Source: Eledone cirrhosa (lineage: Eukaryota). Taken from it: DNA of 64,000 bases. Under the pieces are notes generated by a model, which was not told the DNA's origin, made no database searches, and saw nothing but the letters and a program-made list of their open reading frames with translations. Below are positions 62,200-64,000 of this stretch, one piece after another. The stretch is from positions 367,226,001 through 367,290,000 of the forward strand of contig OZ024742.1 in assembly GCA_964016885.1 (NCBI GenBank), read 5' to 3'. Numbering within the stretch: position 1 is the stretch's first letter; the number at the start of each line of letters is the position of its first letter. A program made the position numbers and the translations under genes.

Positions 62200-64000
62200 T
62201 ATTATAGTATACATGTACCTGAGCACATTTACAAAGAATATTACAGTATACATTTACCTGAGCTCATTTTCTAGGAATATTACAGAATACGTGTATCTGG
62301 GCACATTTACAAAGAATATTATATTATACATATACCTGAGCACATTTACAAAGAATATTACAGTATACATGTACCTGAGCACATTTACAAAGAATATTAC
62401 AGTATACATGTAGTTGGGCACATTTACAAAGAATATTACAGTATACATGTACCTGAGCACATTTACAAAGAATATTACAGTATACATGTACGTGGGCACA
62501 TTTACAAAGAATATTACAGTATACATTTACTTGGGCACATTTACAAAGAATATTACAGTATACATGTACTTGGGCACATTTACAAAGAATATTACAGTAT
62601 ACATGTACTTGGGCACATTTACAAAGAATATTACAGTATACATGTACCGGAGCACATTTACAAAGAATAGTACGGTATACATGTATCTGAGCACATTTAC
62701 AAAGAATATTACAGTATACATATATCTGAGCACATTTACAAAGAATATTACAGTATACATGTACTTGGGCACATTTACAAAGAATATTATAGTATACATG
62801 TACCTGAGCTCATTTACAAAGAATATTATAGTATACATGTACCTGAGCACATTTACAAAGAATATTACAGTATACATGTACCTGAGCTCATTTACAAAGA
62901 ATATTATAGTATACATGTACCTGAGCACATTTACAAAGAATATTACAGTATACATTTACCTGAGCTCATTTTCTAGGAATATTACAGTATACGTGTATCT
63001 GGGCACATTTACAAAGAATATTATATTATACATATACCTGAGCACATTTACAAAGAATATTACAGTATACATATACCTGAGCACATTTACAAAGAATATT
63101 ACTGTATACATTTACTTGGGCACATTTACAAAGAATATTACAGTATACATGTACCTGAGCACATTTACAAAGAATATTACAGTATACATGTACCTGAACA
63201 CATTTACAAAGAATATTACAGTATACACATACCTGAGCTCATTTACAAAGAATATTACAGTATAAATGTACCTGAGCACATTTACAAAGAATATTACAGT
63301 ATACATGTACTTGGGCACATTTACAAAGAATATTATAGTATACATGTACCTGAGCTCATTTACAAAGAATATTATAGTATACATGTACCTGAGCACATTT
63401 ACAAAGAATATTACAGTATACATATATCTGAGCACCTTTACAAAGAATATTACAGTATATATGTACATGGGCACATTTACAAAGAATATTATAGTATACA
63501 TGTACCTGAGCTCATTTACAAAGAATATTATAGTATACATATACCTGAGCACATTTACAAAGAATATTACAGTATACATGTACCTGAGCTCATTTACAAA
63601 GAATATTATAGTATACATGTACCTGAGCACATTTACAAAGAATATTACAGTATACATTTACCTGAGCTCATTTTCTAGGAATATTACAGTATACGTGTAT
63701 CTGGGCACATTTACAAAGAATATTATATTATACATATACCTGAACACATTTACAAAGAATATTACAGTATACATATACCTGAGCACATTTACAAAGAATA
63801 TTACTGTATACATTTACTTGGGCACATTTACAAAGAATATTACAGTATACATGTACCTGAGCACATTTACAAAGGATATTACAGTATACATGTACCTGAA
63901 CACATTTACAAAGAATATTACAGTATACACATACCTGAGCTCATTTACAAAGAATATTACAGTATAAATGTACCTGAGCACATTTACAAAGAATATTACA
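62200..64000 (+). repeat. Local 702-bp (18-monomer) higher-order periodicity
   Basis: The private variant ctcattttctagg has its ctagg at 62271, 62973 and 63675 (702 apart). ORF ends 63265/63967 and ctgaacacat (~63194/63896) are also 702 apart. Confidence 0.75.

Larger units (their letters stand above)
1..64000 (+). repeat. 39-bp tandem satellite DNA array (~1,640 monomers; consensus GCACATTTACAAAGAATATTACAGTATACATGTACCTGA), extending beyond both window edges
   Basis: Every line consists of the same 39-mer in the same orientation. Copies usually differ from consensus by 0-4 substitutions, with occasional indels that are nearly all 1 bp. The 13-aa periodicity of all ORF translations confirms the period. 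Confidence 0.99.

Noticed and set aside
30-63967. Hundreds of ORFs up to 938 aa (MYLSTFTKNITVY, HVPEHIYKEYYSI and MYTVIFFVNVLRY repeats)
   Set aside because: The monomer is 13 codons and four frames are stop-free by chance. ORFs overlap on both strands, end at 1-bp indels or point stops that were themselves amplified (e.g. ttttaaaag, gtataaatg), show no obvious synonymous bias and have no unique domains.
1-64000. CRISPR array (repeat-like unit length with a palindromic core)
   Set aside because: Units abut directly with no unique spacers, leader or cas genes.
1-64000. Diversity-generating or antigenic-variation cassette system, or a TALE-like code in the variant order
   Set aside because: There is no recombinase, reverse transcriptase, expression locus or intact reading frame. 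Nested duplications explain the variant order.
1-64000. RIP-like CpA>TpA bias (attatag, gtatatatg, gagtac, catatac, tttataa)
   Set aside because: Five of the seven consensus C residues are in CpA context, so such transitions are expected. Most CpA sites are intact and transversions are common.
1-64000. Telomeric repeat, rDNA spacer or tRNA-derived array
   Set aside because: There is no G-rich strand motif, no rRNA or tRNA sequence, and no recognisable Pol III A/B boxes.
1-64000. Synthetic concatemer or sequencing artefact
   Set aside because: Hierarchically shared variants and diverged nested duplications indicate real evolutionary history. Exact copy numbers of the near-identical blocks still need read support.

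Overview
The whole 64 kb window is one uninterrupted, head-to-tail, single-orientation tandem satellite array. It holds about 1,640 copies of a 39-bp AT-rich monomer, consensus GCACATTTACAAAGAATATTACAGTATACATGTACCTGA (12/39 G+C, no CpG). I see no unique sequence, gene, RNA gene, transposon insertion, inversion or CRISPR spacer. All ORFs in the track are artefacts: 39 bp is 13 codons and 4 of the 6 frames of the consensus have no stop. I find no protein-coding system. The informative signal is the order of monomer variants, which records nested duplications (offsets of about 0.16, 0.7, 0.9, 1.05, 1.2-1.6, 2.0, 3.2, 4.9 and 14.4-14.8 kb). There are two variant-defined domains with a transition at about 27.6-30 kb, and the window ends resemble each other. 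The monomer itself looks like three ~13-bp subunits and contains a dyad-symmetric TACATGTA core. It is most likely eukaryotic heterochromatic satellite DNA (inference). Offsets were read by eye from marker variants and ORF-track coordinates, so block boundaries are approximate.
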